From Trichoplax adhaerens (lineage: Eukaryota; Animalia; Placozoa): a DNA stretch of 64,000 nt. The stretch covers positions 1,746,297-1,810,296 of the forward strand of contig NW_002060951.1 in assembly GCF_000150275.1 (NCBI RefSeq), given 5' to 3'. The notes beneath the pieces were generated by a model. The model did not search any database. It was not told the DNA's origin and saw only the letters and a list, made by a program, of their open reading frames with translations. Made by a program: the position numbers and the translations under genes. This document shows, one piece after another, positions 16,501 through 31,272 of this stretch; the stretch's first letter is position 1, and the number at the start of each line of letters is the position of its first letter.

Positions 16501-19336
16501 TCAAAATAGTTATCATAACGATAATTTGCTCGATGTGTTTCAAATTAGCTTCTAAACCTATTCCTTCTTCTGATTGTAGTTCTACATTACAGCACATTAT
16601 TAAATGAAACATATTGAGTTTCAATTTATCTCTGCAAAGTTGAAAATTTCTGTGTGATTAATCATTAATTACTCATTTAATATAATATAAATTCTTATAT
16701 ATATGTAGAATTAAATCCAACATACTATTACTACTGTATATTGCTATCGCGATATAGAGTATTGCTTGACACACCTTGTATTAATTCTTAAATCATTTTT
16801 CCTTCTTAGTGTAGCAATCAACTACAGCACATTTTTCTTCAATGAGTACTTATATCTATTAAATTTTAGACTTTTCGTCTGACTGATCAATCCTCACTAA
16901 TTACAAAATAAAACTATATAAAGAATAAATTTTACGGCCATAAATTACTCGGCATATTTGAAATTTCAATCCCTAATCATTTTCCCTCTTATAATGCGCT
17001 CTGCATCTTTAGAAGACGAACGCTGATCCCTAACTGATAATTTTTTTTCGAAAATTTAAGTTTTATCTTTCAATTGATTAATCATTTAATTAACATGTAA
17101 TAAATTTACGTGACAAATTATGGCCGTTATGATACGTAGCCCTACAAAATTCAAATAAACTCCCACTTCTTAATCATTTTTTCCTTTTATTGCAGCCACT
17201 TATTGCCGTGTATTTTTAAATGATAAACACTGAGCCCTGATTTATGAACTTGGATTTTTTAAATTTGCATTTGATTGGCAAACTATTCGATTTAATAATT
17301 GAAAAATTGTAAGAGTTTCTAAAAGCATCGAGATAAATTTCGTGTTTATAGCCGTAGTAATGTTACAGACACTAAATTAGTAATCAATCTTAATTTACTT
17401 CATATTCAATACGGTATTCGTTCCTAACCGCTAATATCTCGATAGTGAATTTTCCTAGACATAATCTATCGTATTATTTGTGCTGTTTTACTTCTGAGTG
17501 ATTTCATTTGAGTTCCTATAGATTTCACTCAATTCTTTTATCTATAATACATGGTTTGAAGGACTCCTGACTATATTCTTGATGCAGCATAATGATTTTA
17601 CCGGATAAGAATTCGCCACCTAAAGTGCGCTAAAAGTGATCTGCTGAGATATTAGTATTTACTTTGAATATTACTTGAATTTACTATCATGCACTATTTC
17701 CTCGAGTCTGTATCTCTCTTTTGCCTTTACTACATTTCATTTATCATTATTGTTGTAATCGTTATCATATCAAATGATAGGATGATCTCTTGACACATTG
17801 GCACGCACGTAGAATATCAAAACTGATATTCCAAAGTACGATTACTGCATCATATCTTATTATCGGTATAGTGATTTCTACAATAAAGTATTCAAATGAT
17901 TAGTTAACATTGTAACTTTTTACCGCTTGTTCATGCATTGTCAATATCTTCTAATCACTCTCTTTCAACATATTACGTCGCTGGATTGGAAGATTCAACT
18001 TCTGAAGAAATATTAAGATCTAATCATAGCTGAGCAGAAAAATCAATTCAATAACTCATTTTTTTTACTTCTAAGTAGCGAAGTTTTTGCCACTTTCTAA
18101 TCATCATTCTTCAATTATGTATTTTCCGACTGGATTAAAATTTGAGCGGAATATCGTGATCCAATGATGACTGTACTGTATAGAGTACCGTACCATATTC
18201 AATTTGTTAGCTCATATTCTAAACCGTTAATTCGAACCCTATAATTTTATTAATATCTTATAATCATTTCCCTAGGTATATGCGTAATATCTTACCAGAT
18301 TAAAATAATTTCAAGTAAAAGTAATCATCATGACTTCATGATCTCTACAGTACGTAGGATATTTTAACTCATTAATTTATGCTCTAACTCTAAACTATTA
18401 TCGTGTTACCTCGTCAATATCCTCTGTTGATTTTTCTATACAAATTATCAAGACAGATTAAAAACTCTTAGGCTGAAAATAATATCTATTGTTATATGAT
18501 CATTACCTTATTATATTAAAGGTTATCGATAACATCACTAGATTTTCATCTCATGCAAAATTAATTGTTTGGTTATAATTATGGTAATATGCTATGCCCG
18601 ACGGTAGTCTTATATCGGTACAAAATACGAATTATCTTGCAAGTATTAATTCTTATAATCAGTTAGTTATTATGATTAATGATTGATTAATTCTAATTAT
18701 ACTAAATCACTGAATTATAGATCCACCAAATGCTCAAGTAGACCTAATTACGGGCAATTAATAAAATCAAATCTATCTATTATCTATTTTACGATCCATT
18801 TTGTAACACGGACAATAATACTGCTACAAGCTTGTAGTTCCTTGATTGACAAGTATTATGTATTTTATTTCCGAGTGTTTATTCTATCATCTATCTATTA
18901 ATGGTAAGACGTGGCTATTTTTTTACACTAACATTCTTTACTTATCATCTTTTCAATAGACGTTATCCTTGTTCAGAAATTGATTTATTCATCTATGACG
19001 TCAAGTGAATCAGGATTAAGTTATGGAAAAGTGAAAAAGTCAACAATACGATTGCAGCATCATTATCAGGCTGAAATAAAAGATTATTCAACAGCATATC
19101 AACGAATAAAAATATACAAACTACTGTCTTACAAATTACGGTTTTAAACTAAAAATATCGGCTGTAAGACTATTTTTTAATCTATTGGGTTATCTTACTG
19201 TTTGATCAATAGTTTCGTTAGAGAGAAGAGAATAAAAAATAGCAAAAAGATCGATAGGCTGCTAACAAGACAAGTACAATTATAGAAGAGAGTAAATATA
19301 GCAATCAAACTGCGATCAACATTCATTAACTACACC

Positions 19337-22300
19337 ATGATAGCCAAACGCTCTTCTACAGTAGATAGGATTGCTATTTTCTCCGTTATAATTATCATCA
19401 TTTTAGGCAATGACTATCATCATTGTTTAAGTTTAAAGCAGCGACTAGTTGTAGCAGGACTGCAACCTACAACCGATAATTTTGTTGCTCAAGCATCGCG
19501 TGGCTATATTGTGGCTACTAATATGGCACTTCAAGATGTTAACGCAAGGCAAGATATTCTTCAGGACTACGAGTTGATTATTGAATTTAAGAATACCAAG
19601 GTTAGAGAGAATAACGATTTAATTTTGTAGCTAATTCTTACTTTTCCGGCAAATTAAACGATTAGAATATGCTTGCAAGTCTTGTTGGTCATAAATAGCA
19701 ACAAAAATTATCACATTTTACGCTTACACTTTTAATTTGATGGATTTTAATGGAAATTTTATTGATTGATTTGATTTTACTTAGTCGAATAATTCATACA
19801 CTAAAAATAATCATGTATTTTTACAATATTAATGCTGATAGAACTTATGATGCGTGCAGTTATCGCTGACACAAAAAATTGTTTTGTTTGACGCTCATAA
19901 AATCATAAAGATTATATTATCTATTCTTATGCTAACATATCGGTTAGGATGACATTTTAATTGCTCGTAGGGAGGGAATTGATATCAATCTTTCATAATA
20001 AGCCATTTAAAAGGAGAGTTTTAAAACAAGCAGGACTCAATTTTTATTTCTTTCCTATCGGTATACAATTACAGTAGCGACTATTTTGCTAAGGTGTGTC
20101 CTATCGGAGTAATATCAGATAATATTAAAGCTAATTTAAATATTGAAAATTTAAACATTTTTCTTTGAATCTGATTGACATTATTAATTTACCAGAAGCG
20201 AATTAAAGTCAAGATGTAGCTAATGGTAGTGAAGCCATTAGAATTGCAAATTCCGTTGCAGACCCTATAATTATATTAGTATGAACTAAACTTTTTCCGA
20301 GCGGTCTTTGATATTTCTATACGTAAAAAGATAGAAAAAACTACGGGATTACTAAACCATTTTTTCAATTTATTGTTAACTTTTTCTCATGTTTTAATCA
20401 AGTATGCTCCTGTTTTGGTCACAGATTTTGTTGATTATTAGAAAGAAAAAATCAAATTTTCATGATACTTTCATGAAGTCCTATTCTTTATTTTGAAATA
20501 GATCACCAAACGGTAACATGCCATCTTAGATCTGCGGTTTACAAACGTCAGAGTTATCATAATTTCGTAAATTTAAAGCGTTTTTATCTCAATATATGTA
20601 TGAAACAAATTTACTGTAGATTGTCCATGGCTAGTAACGATAAAGCTGTTTTTCTCTACTTTTGATCAAAAAGAATTACCGTTACTACTTGAAATAAGGC
20701 ATTTATAAATTGTAGCTATCTGTTATGATACAATACGATTATCATGTTGCTGTCTCTAATCATAGTAATTTTCTACAATAGCTTCCAGACCTAAGAAGAA
20801 TACATATTAGTGACATTTATGAAATACTTGATAAGCGAGCAATAAAATAATAAATTTCAATTTTGTAAATGGTGATACTCGGCGATACAGGGTTATTTGG
20901 CTTCATTAACTGTGGATTTTGATGATCTACTTAAACAGATTAACAAAATCAGTTTGTCGGATCGACAGCTAGAATTGATTTTATAAATAGGCCTTTACCC
21001 CCATTTTGACCCTTCACTATTCAAAACTAACTAATTATTAATAACTGAACAATGTTAGCAATTATAGAAATCTAATAACAACAAGTTTATGATGAATCGC
21101 GGCTAAGAGATTTATCTTATATATAATAGTTGATCTTCTCACTGCAATCGGTCACAAGCATGAATTTATAGCGAAGACACATAGAAGATCTTAATCTGAT
21201 ATATGTTGCAAAGCTTTGGACTGTTTCGATCAATCTGGGCTTGAATATTGATTGATGATATTTAATATCTGCAAAATATTATCATTAAACATAAGCACGT
21301 GGAAATCTAGCCTCTAAAATGAAGAAAAAAACTATGATAACTATCTGCATTGATATAGAACGGTTACATTTAACTGCTACATAGTGTGATCCTGATGAAA
21401 TTACTTAAATTAATTCCTAAACATCCTTCGAACCGACAATTATAATATCAGTCACTGTCTGCTTGACTTAAATATTTTGCAAGTCAATAGATATGAAGAA
21501 ATCATTTAAAAATGGTCCATTATAATCTCATCGTAAGTAAATTGTCATCTAGATTGAAGTAAAGGTACGAAAAATTGGTATCCTGATATCGTATTAATTT
21601 ATCGATGAAATGGTTGTTTTCATAGTAATTAAAAATAAAGTTTATCCTATCGTTACAAAGACATATTGCTTACTCTTCATCTATGACGGAGAAAGTCTAC
21701 AGAAATAGGAGTATATTGCTATTAGAATTTGTATACAGCATTAACGAGTAGTCGGTTGTTTAGATGTTATTTCACGATCTAGCACAAAACAGTTTATTTC
21801 CAATCAGTAAAAATATTGGAAGTTATTGCTGACCAGACTGTCATTGAATCAAAAACGATTATCATTTATACATGGACTGAAGTGGATTAAAGGTGCAAGC
21901 GAAATTTGAATAGAATATGCAGAAGGCAGTAGTTTAGTTTCGATACAGTATCTAAAATACGTATTTCACATGGGCAATAATAAAGAGTTTGTTACAATAG
22001 AACTAAAACTTCATGAGTTTATATAGTACACTTGAATAGTATGTTGTAGTAGAATAATGAGTCAGAGTTGGTCGTGTAGGTGGAAGATCATTTAATATAG
22101 AATTGAATTATTATCGCTTGAAAGATTGGTCTCTGTGCTAAGTGTGGCTTTTATTGTAACACAATTCAATATTTTATATCTAAAATATGCTCATCAAGGT
22201 GATCATCCTTAAGTTAAATTTGTAGTCATAAAATGTAATATTAGTTTACAATATGTATAAAAGAAATCTATTCCATGGTAGCCTTTTGCGCTATCAAAGA

Positions 22301-25300
22301 TAGAATCACCCACAAGAATATCTTGGAATGAAATAAAGTTCGAGTTTAAACATTTTCTAATAAAAATAATTTATTAGATTCAGTCCTTCTTGTATTAGAC
22401 CGGATAATAAATGAGTTAATGTTGATTTTTATTCCTTCTTGCCTGATAACATTCGTCGATCATATGATAAGCACGTTTCTACTTTAAATGAAGTTAATTA
22501 TACTATCGTTAATATACTACATCATGAAATAAGTGTTAACCAACAGTATACAAAAATACTTGCATTATACATAATAATTTTTAAACGCAATCTATTCTGT
22601 GCGTATTTGCACCGACTGCGATCGAGATCACACACGAACAATTTTATTCGAATTGCGGGCATTCTTTAAGAGTAAGAGTATATAACGAGTTAGCATTGGT
22701 TTTTTAAAGTTTAGGTATAAAAGATAATTAATCATGAATCTGTACGTTAGAATGGCTATTAGTAATAACAGGCTACCAGTATGATATCCCATTTTTTTCG
22801 CTTATTATGACTTTCAGTAAAGCAAGTTAACTTTGTTTAAAGTGATAGAAAATTTATTTAGAATATGAAAAGCTACAGAATGGATTGAACTAATATTGAA
22901 TCGATTCTCTGTAAAACCTGTTTTATTGTAGGACATAAATCCTATTCAAGCGGGCAATACAGTCGGTAGTTCTATTACAGAAAAGGACTGATTTATTGTC
23001 ATTGATTTCTTTCGACAAATTATAACAGTATAGCGATTTAATTACATATGTATGCAAAATAATAATTCTACAAATACTGCCCAAAACCGAAATTTCTGAT
23101 TTATTTTGAGATACATTTCAATCAGATTCTCCTAATATTGATGCAGTGAACTATTTTACATTGATTATCTGCCCTTCTGTGCTACCATCATCAAATAGGG
23201 CTAGACTATAGAGAAGAATGTAACTCCTTCAGGATACATTTGCATCTATATTGCTATCTTTAACAACTGCTCTGATGAACTTTTTATTATTATTAAATAC
23301 AATAGTTGTCCGTTCGACTAACTTTCGTACACCAACTAATCAGTTTTTAACTTAATTAGTGAATTGAAATAGAATTTTAAAAAATCACATTTGATTATAA
23401 CCAATAGTAACGCTAAATCTTAGTCTCTAACCATTTTGGGCTTTATTGAAACGTTTCGGCCATGCCTAGTTGCATCCCACTCCATCAATTTTTCTATCGA
23501 TTGGCTATTATAATATATTTATTTTAATAATACGTAATGATTTATTTCCGGTAAGTATAAAATCGATGAAGCTAAATAAGATGACATAAACAGGGTAATC
23601 CTGAGACTTTCCACCATTCTACCGTTGTAGATACTCCTAAAATCAATGATGATATTAGCTAAAATTACTCCATAGAATTGCTATAAAATTCCATATTCTC
23701 ATTTATAACGCTAATCCTATGAATACTTTAAAGCAATACAATTTTTACATATTGTAATCATTAAAAGGTCCTTATTTTCGCATTTTACTTAGAGAATTGT
23801 AATAAAATTCTATAAAAACATTTTATAATCCAACAGTAAATTTGCAAAATTCCCACTTCAAATACTAAGATTACGGCAAAAAAAGCTATCAATACCCGTT
23901 TTGACATTTAACTACATTAATACAGTGCTCAAGCTATTGCAAGGTAAAGCGGTCAATTTTTTATGTCTCATCGAATCGCATACTATATAAATTGCACTTA
24001 GCTTGCCCACTGACTGCTTACGTGCTTTGTTTTTTCGATACTAGATTGATAATTAGCATTTTTATTAATTAAAATAAATCATAACTTCAAATTGTATTGA
24101 TATTTTATCAGTTTCTTCAGGATTTTCTTTAGTGCTGTGAACTTGCATTATGTTTCTTAGATGAATTTTATTCAGGTAACATAAATAATTAATCATATAT
24201 GGGTATAGGATAAGCCAATATGATCAATGCTCATATTGGCTTATTCAATACCTTTGCAGTTATATTATTATTGTTCATATTATACCTTAATCTTCACAAA
24301 ACTTTTGACGTTATTTGAGCCGTGAGTAGAGTCATCTAATGTAATTGCTTAGAATGATTTATCAATATTTAAAATACAGTTGTAATTATTTCCAATAAAC
24401 AGTATTGCTAATCACAGAATATAATCTAGATTCATCAGTTGTTAAACGTAATAATTCTTTGATATTAATAACATCAAAAGTATCCTAATTTTTAATGTAA
24501 AACGATTCTTGTGATATAAACTGCTCAAATATTCCTAACGAATGCACCTTATTATCAATTGGGATTGAAATAACCAGTGTCATGAAATACCAGTTTAAAA
24601 TCATACCTATTCTTCTTAGAAGTTAATATAATTGCTCGATCGATTAGCAATTCACCAATTATTAGCATAGAAAGCATTACTTCGATATTTTTGAGATTCT
24701 GATTATAATAGCAGATTCAAGTAAATTTTTCAACCTGATCATACTTAAACATTACAAACATGGTACGTTATACTAGTTTTTCTTAAATTTTATTCCTATA
24801 TCTACAGTATGATATCATACCTTGTTATATAATCATAATCATGACATTTCGTCCTCATTTCCAGGTGCATATATTGCAAAAATTTTGAGGCTTATTCAAG
24901 AAAATTCCGTTGCGATCTTAATAATTACGTAGTGCTCCTCGAATTGCTCTTCTATTTGCTAATTCAATACGTATAAAAAACGATGCCATGATAATACTTA
25001 AAGCTGATAAACAACTATTCATTTCACATTTATTGTTATTATTGACACATAACTATTGGATATAACAGCCAATGCAATCTGTCCTTTAATTACAGTGGGC
25101 TACTTTATCAGTCTTAATTTTAACGTCATTACAAGTACATCATAAGCTGATGTTGGGATATTGTGATATAGTATCCCCTCTGAAACTGATTCAATTCTCA
25201 TTCAGTTTATTAGTCTTGAAGCTGAATTGACATCGTGATATCTCTAAACCAGAGTTGCTTTATCAGTTGTATTCGTATCATGTGATGACTGCATAGACGA

Positions 25301-28300
25301 TGAAACATGCCAACAACAGCTTAAATTAAAGTTAATCATTCTATAAAGAATGATCATTTTCTTATTGTCATAAACTGATGTTGCGAACTACCACACTAAA
25401 CTAATAGATTACTTATGCCATGCTTCACTACACTTGGAGATCTACTGTACGGTAGTTTTATACTACTTATGGTCACTCAGGGATAAAACTGTTCTACAAG
25501 ATTAGTATAGTTTTTATTAATAGAGTAGCCGAGTACCTTCTCCGACACGATCTAATAAAGAACTCAGGAACTGAACATTCGCTCGTCCTTTTATACCCTT
25601 CCACTAAATTTGTGGTGCACGCATAGTAACCTGACAATATAAGATTTGCACCATTTGTATAGGAGGACAAGCCCCAAATAAACTATATAGTTTACTATAG
25701 ATACAAGTACGTAAACAACTTTAATTAGCAATAACTAATTAATAGTCAATTAAACCCTTGAGGCTCAGCACGATAATCGCACGTTCGCAGCGGGTGCTAA
25801 CGTGCCGCCATTATTAATATCTATATAGGCTCTACTAATTAATTGCAAAATACATTTATGCCTTTGTTGTCTAGCAATCTAGACATTATTAATATTCTTA
25901 ATTTCAATTATCAATTACCGATATGATCCATTAGCTAAATACTAACAAAATCTGTTTAATTAGCAAGTACGGTGCTTTGCTCCGTAGCACTTATCGCATA
26001 GCAAGCAAGTTCAACTGATAATAATTTTTTTTTAGCTATGCTTTATTCTTGATCACTGCAAAGAACTCATTAATTGACACTTAATATCAATATTTTTTAC
26101 TCATAATGCAGCTTTTCTGTCCATTGGCCATGAAATATTTGTATGATTACATTCAGCAGCCGCCGATTAAAATAGCTATTTATGGGCCTGTCTCTTCTCT
26201 TTGCTGTGAATCAGTTTCATCTGTTGCTAAATATTGGAATCTTGTCCAAGTAAGTACGAAAAATTCATTAAGGATATTTCACCACTATGAAACAGAAAAT
26301 CTAGCTTAGTCCATTTATTTTGTGCGAGACATAGTAAAGTACTGTATACATCATCTAGAAATTAACCGAGTAAAAATATAAGGTGCTTAGAACTGAATGA
26401 GCTGATGTTTACAAATGTTAAAACTCTTTTATCTTTACAGTTAGGCCATAAAATACACTGTACAATTGTGGTGTAATTGGATAATTTATTGACGTTTTAC
26501 AATTAAACGATTCGATTCGATCAACAGGGTAACTGTCTATTTTACTTTCAGATTTCCAACGCGGCTACAAGCGCTACACTAAGCGATCGAAAATTATATC
26601 CATATTTTTATAGAACAGCTTTATCAGATGTTGCATATAACGTTGTTCGCCAAGAGTTATTTCGGCTTTTTAATTGGGATAAAGTAGCAATAATTCATCA
26701 AACCTTAAGTCTTTTTCAAGCGGTAAGGAATAACCATCTTTTTCACCTTCCAAGGATTAGTGTTCATTTTTATATATCAGGCTTTCCTGTTTAGGCTATA
26801 TTTAAACTTACTGAAAATATTTAATAGCTGTTGGTGATTCTATAGCAAATAACTGAAATAAGGATGCAAAACATACGAAATTTAGATTAGGATAGCATTA
26901 GTTTGATATCGGACATCTTATTTAGTATTTCTTAGCTATCAGTTCAATTACAACTATTTAATTTCCTATTGCAATAACAGTCTGCAGCTGATTTAGAACA
27001 TATTCTAAAGAAAGGAAATATCACTGTTGTTGCTTCGGAAGCATTTGCACAATTTCCAGAGCGACATGTTCCTCTGCTTAAGGTACTTCTACGAATTTCT
27101 CGATCTGTTATCATTACCATTATAACAACATAAATGAATTTGAAATAAAACTACAACAACAATTATTGAATTATTTGCTACAGCGAAATCATTTCCGAGC
27201 TAAGCTATGGTCTTGTGTGATAAACATCGTAAAGCTTTCATGCTAGCTCTTTACATTATTCAAATGAAACAAAAAATGTGCCCTTTAATTATTGCCTTCA
27301 GGATAAAGACGCTAGAATAATCATTGTCTATGCTTATCCAGATATGGCTCAGAGAATCTTTTGCACGGTCAGCTTTGATTAAGGATATTAAAATCATATT
27401 AACATTATTTCAAAATAATTAAGCATTAAGATCACCAAGCATATTTGACGTTCTATGCTCTTTAATAAATTCTAAGCCTTTTGCTTATTAATCTAAATAC
27501 GATGCAATACAGACCCAATTTAAGTCAGTTGTACAGTTTAAGATAACTCGTAATATATTTTAGACATCATAAACTACGGTACTATGTTTATTATAGTCAT
27601 TCAAATTTTAGTTTGGATAACCTTCGGCTAAATGATAAAGTTAAATTACAGCAGTAATTTTAGTAATGATACATAACTGTAGACCAATGATAATACTATA
27701 GTAAGGATTTGAATGTCGTTTGCTTCGGTTAAGATCTAATCAGTATTCTAATACTTCTATTGGATTCGATGATAGGCATACCATTTAAATTACTATGGAC
27801 CAAATCATGTCTGGTTTTTACTTGGATGGTACTTTGATAACTGGTGGAAAAGTGATTTATCCAAGAATACTAATTGTACCGAAGAGCAAATATTAAAAGT
27901 TATGGACGGTTACTTTGCTGTGCTTGGTGTTGAATTTGGTTTCGAAAATGTGACTACCATTTCCGGATTGGTATGCTTTGAATCAGTTATTTAGTATTGA
28001 TTTTTAAGTATTAAATTGTTTCATATAGCATATTATTTTTTTTATTATTGGATATGAATCAATCCGTGTGTTCAATCGAAACGCGTAGACACCGAAGAAA
28101 TATCTTGAAGAATATAAAAATTTCCATCCTGATTACTACCTTGCAAGTGTACATACTTGGGCTTATGATGCTGTTTGGTCACTGGCATTGGCTCTTAATA
28201 ATACAGAGCATATCCTGAGACAGAACGGTCGAAATTTAACCCAATTTCATTATAATGACAGTAATACAAGACAAATTTTAATGGAATCATTTAATCAGTT

Positions 28301-31272
28301 GAGCTTTCAAGGAATTAGTGTGAGTCTATTAAAGGATTATTATCGTAAAGAATGCACGTTCATTCAGCGTTTATTCTGTACTAGTTAAGATTTTACAAAT
28401 GAAGGAGCAGCAATACACAGATTTGCAATCTATTATTTGTCTATCATTTAGTTCTCCTCTTGGGTTTTAGTATTTTCCATGTAAACTATTTTATTTTATA
28501 GTACCGTATTATACCCATGACAAATATTAGTTTTTTCATTTATACTGTATTATTACATTGATATTGATCTTAGTTTTCACCCTTTTAGGGTCCGGTTTCT
28601 TTTGAACAAGGCGAAAGAGTCGCAGACGTTAGAATTCTACAGATGATAAGTAAGATTCAGAAGCCAAAAAGTATTGTAACTTCTTAATATTGATTATGTC
28701 TTTAAACGGTCTTGCTGATATTAGCCTTATAATTGAGTATAAGTACACTCGAAGAAGCGTAATACATAGATGAGCTAGCAGTATTATGCAAAAATACCGT
28801 AAAAATGGTTGCATTCATTTTTAGTAGGCTAATAATTCTTCACTTAGCAAGTAATTTAAATTCTATCTCTTTAAACCGTAATAACCTCCATTTTCTTTTA
28901 ATTTACACTATCTTTGTATTTATCTTTAAAAGTGCAATGCATTTATTTATTACAAGGAATAGTTAACCTAATATATTGTTACTTTGCTATTCAATTTTAG
29001 CACGGATTAAAACTATAAATACTGTACAAGTTGGGTTATATGACAGTCATCAAAACGAAATACGACTTGGATCTCCTTACAATCCCGTTTATTGGAGAGG
29101 TTATTAAATCCAAATCTTCGCAGTGTCGCTATTAAATGAGATATAGTTTATAGAAAAGATTATTATTTAAGTTCAGTTTCAATATTTTTGTATATTGATA
29201 TTGGCCAATGTGTCATTTAAAAAATTGAAATGTTTGGTTTCATTATATTATCATTTCCTAACAGGCGGATATATACCTAAAGATGAATATATACGAAAAA
29301 CGATCATTCTTCGCATTTCTAGTCCAATATTTATTGCGTTTACCATACTATCTATTCTTGGTATTATACTATCCTTATTCTTTTTTGTATTCAATGTTTT
29401 CAATCGAAAGCTAAGGTAAAGAAATTTATACAAAATGAAAAGTATTTCTTTGCCCTCTTCATTCAATATATCGCTAATGATAACAAATTTTTAACCGATC
29501 CAGATATATCAAAATGTCCAGCCCTAATTTAAATAACGTGATCTTGGTTGGCGGTGTGTTATGCTACCTATCAGTTATTGTTTTTGGCTTAGAAAGTTAT
29601 ACAATTACTTGCCAAATTCGAGGTTGGCTGCTGGCTATTGGTTTCACGTTATCGTTTGGTTCTTTATTTTCAAAGACATGGAGAGTGCACAGAATATATC
29701 ATAATAAGCACAAAATGAGAGTGGTGGGATAAATTCTATGATTAAATTGTATGAATACAAGTGCTATCCTTTTAGCTGAAGCATTTTTTACCTACTCTAC
29801 TAGGTCATCAGAGATACCCATTTATTTATTATGGTATTCTTTTTGGTGATGATCGATGTTATTATATTAATGACTTGGCAATTTGTCGATCCATTATACT
29901 CAAGTGAAATCATCTTTTCAACCCAGGTACAATTTCGATTATCTTAATATTAATCGGAGTAATTGAATCCTATCGATTTTTAGTTAATATTGTTAATTAA
30001 CGACAGTATTCGATTAAGTAAGTAACACTTTGCATCATTGAGATAATATTTATCGTGAAGGCTATACTTTTAAAATTTTATGAGACCCGACATAATAAAT
30101 AATTCGATATCGTTTTACGTCAACATCGATCTTTTATCTACGATAACACCAATAAGAAATCTTTAATTACAGTAACTAGTGATCAGCCATTGTATCATTT
30201 ATGGAATTAGAATAATGATTTGATTAATTATAAATATTGGGATTAACAACCGTAATTTGACATTCTTGATGCAAAATACCTAGGTCGATCCTACAAACAT
30301 TGAATACTTAATAATCTCCAAACATCGAGTTTGCATATGTGGACATTATACAATTTGGCTGGGCATTTTATATAGTTATAAATTTCTATTATTAATATTT
30401 GGCGCTTTCTTGGCGTGGGAGACAAGAAATGTTAGTATCCCAGCATTGAATGACTCCAAGTACATTGGCTTATCCATTTACAATGTTGTCGTGTTATGTG
30501 TGGTTGGAGTATTAATAACTATATTCGTCAATAACCAAGTGGATATCAGCTTCGCTTTGATAGCTTCATTTATCGTTTTCTGTACCACGTTGATGAGCTG
30601 TTTTGTTTTTGTACCTAAGGTAAACTATGCACTATACGAGTAGTTGCAATGTTCAAGCTAAATTTATTAATGCAGTTGGCTAATGGCAATGATTCCATTG
30701 CTATTAATAGTAAGATATGATGATTCTTGATGAAGTAGTAACATACTCATGGTACAGCTAGTTAGAGTAATGTAGGTGCTGACTTTTTGAACTGTGCAGA
30801 TTCGATATTTCAAAACTGATCCAGATGAACAGAAAAACATGATGGCATCAAGATCAGTGGGTAAGGTTGCCTCAGTTGTACACCAAAGCTATTTACCGGC
30901 ATCAAGAGATGATGTCCTAGTACTGAAACGACAATTATCAGAGGTAATTTATGCAATGTAATATGATTTACTATTTAGCCGTAAGATTATACGTTTATGA
31001 TATGATCATTAACCGATACTCATTGTTGCTTTTGCACTGATATCCTATCGGTGTTATGTGCTATTGAAACTAATAGTACTTATTCTAATTGCCTCTACGT
31101 ACTTTAGCGAGATAAGGAAATTCAAAATTTATCTGATATTATCAAAAAGTATGAAAACAAAGATAGTGTTATACGAGACAGCAGCCTAGTCAACGTTGCT
31201 TCTGCTGCAGCAAACTCATCAACTAGAACATCAATTGATCTTAACTGGGCGAGGAAAGAAGCAATCGAATAA
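19337..31272 (+). CDS. GABA-B-receptor-like class C GPCR (signal peptide, Venus flytrap, 7TM, C-terminal coiled coil); first intron 19601-26111
   Basis: ALQDVNARQDILQDYEL, VAKYWNLVQ, LSDRKLYPYFYRT, DARIII, YGPNHVWFLLGWYFDNWW, AYDAVWSLALALN, YIKMSSPNLNNVILVG, GSLFSKTWRVHRI, LAWETRNVSIPALNDSKYIGLSIYNV, VFVPK, LKRQLSERDKEIQNL. Stop TAA at 31270-31272. There is no Cys-rich domain, so this is GABA-B type rather than mGluR type. Confidence 0.93.
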
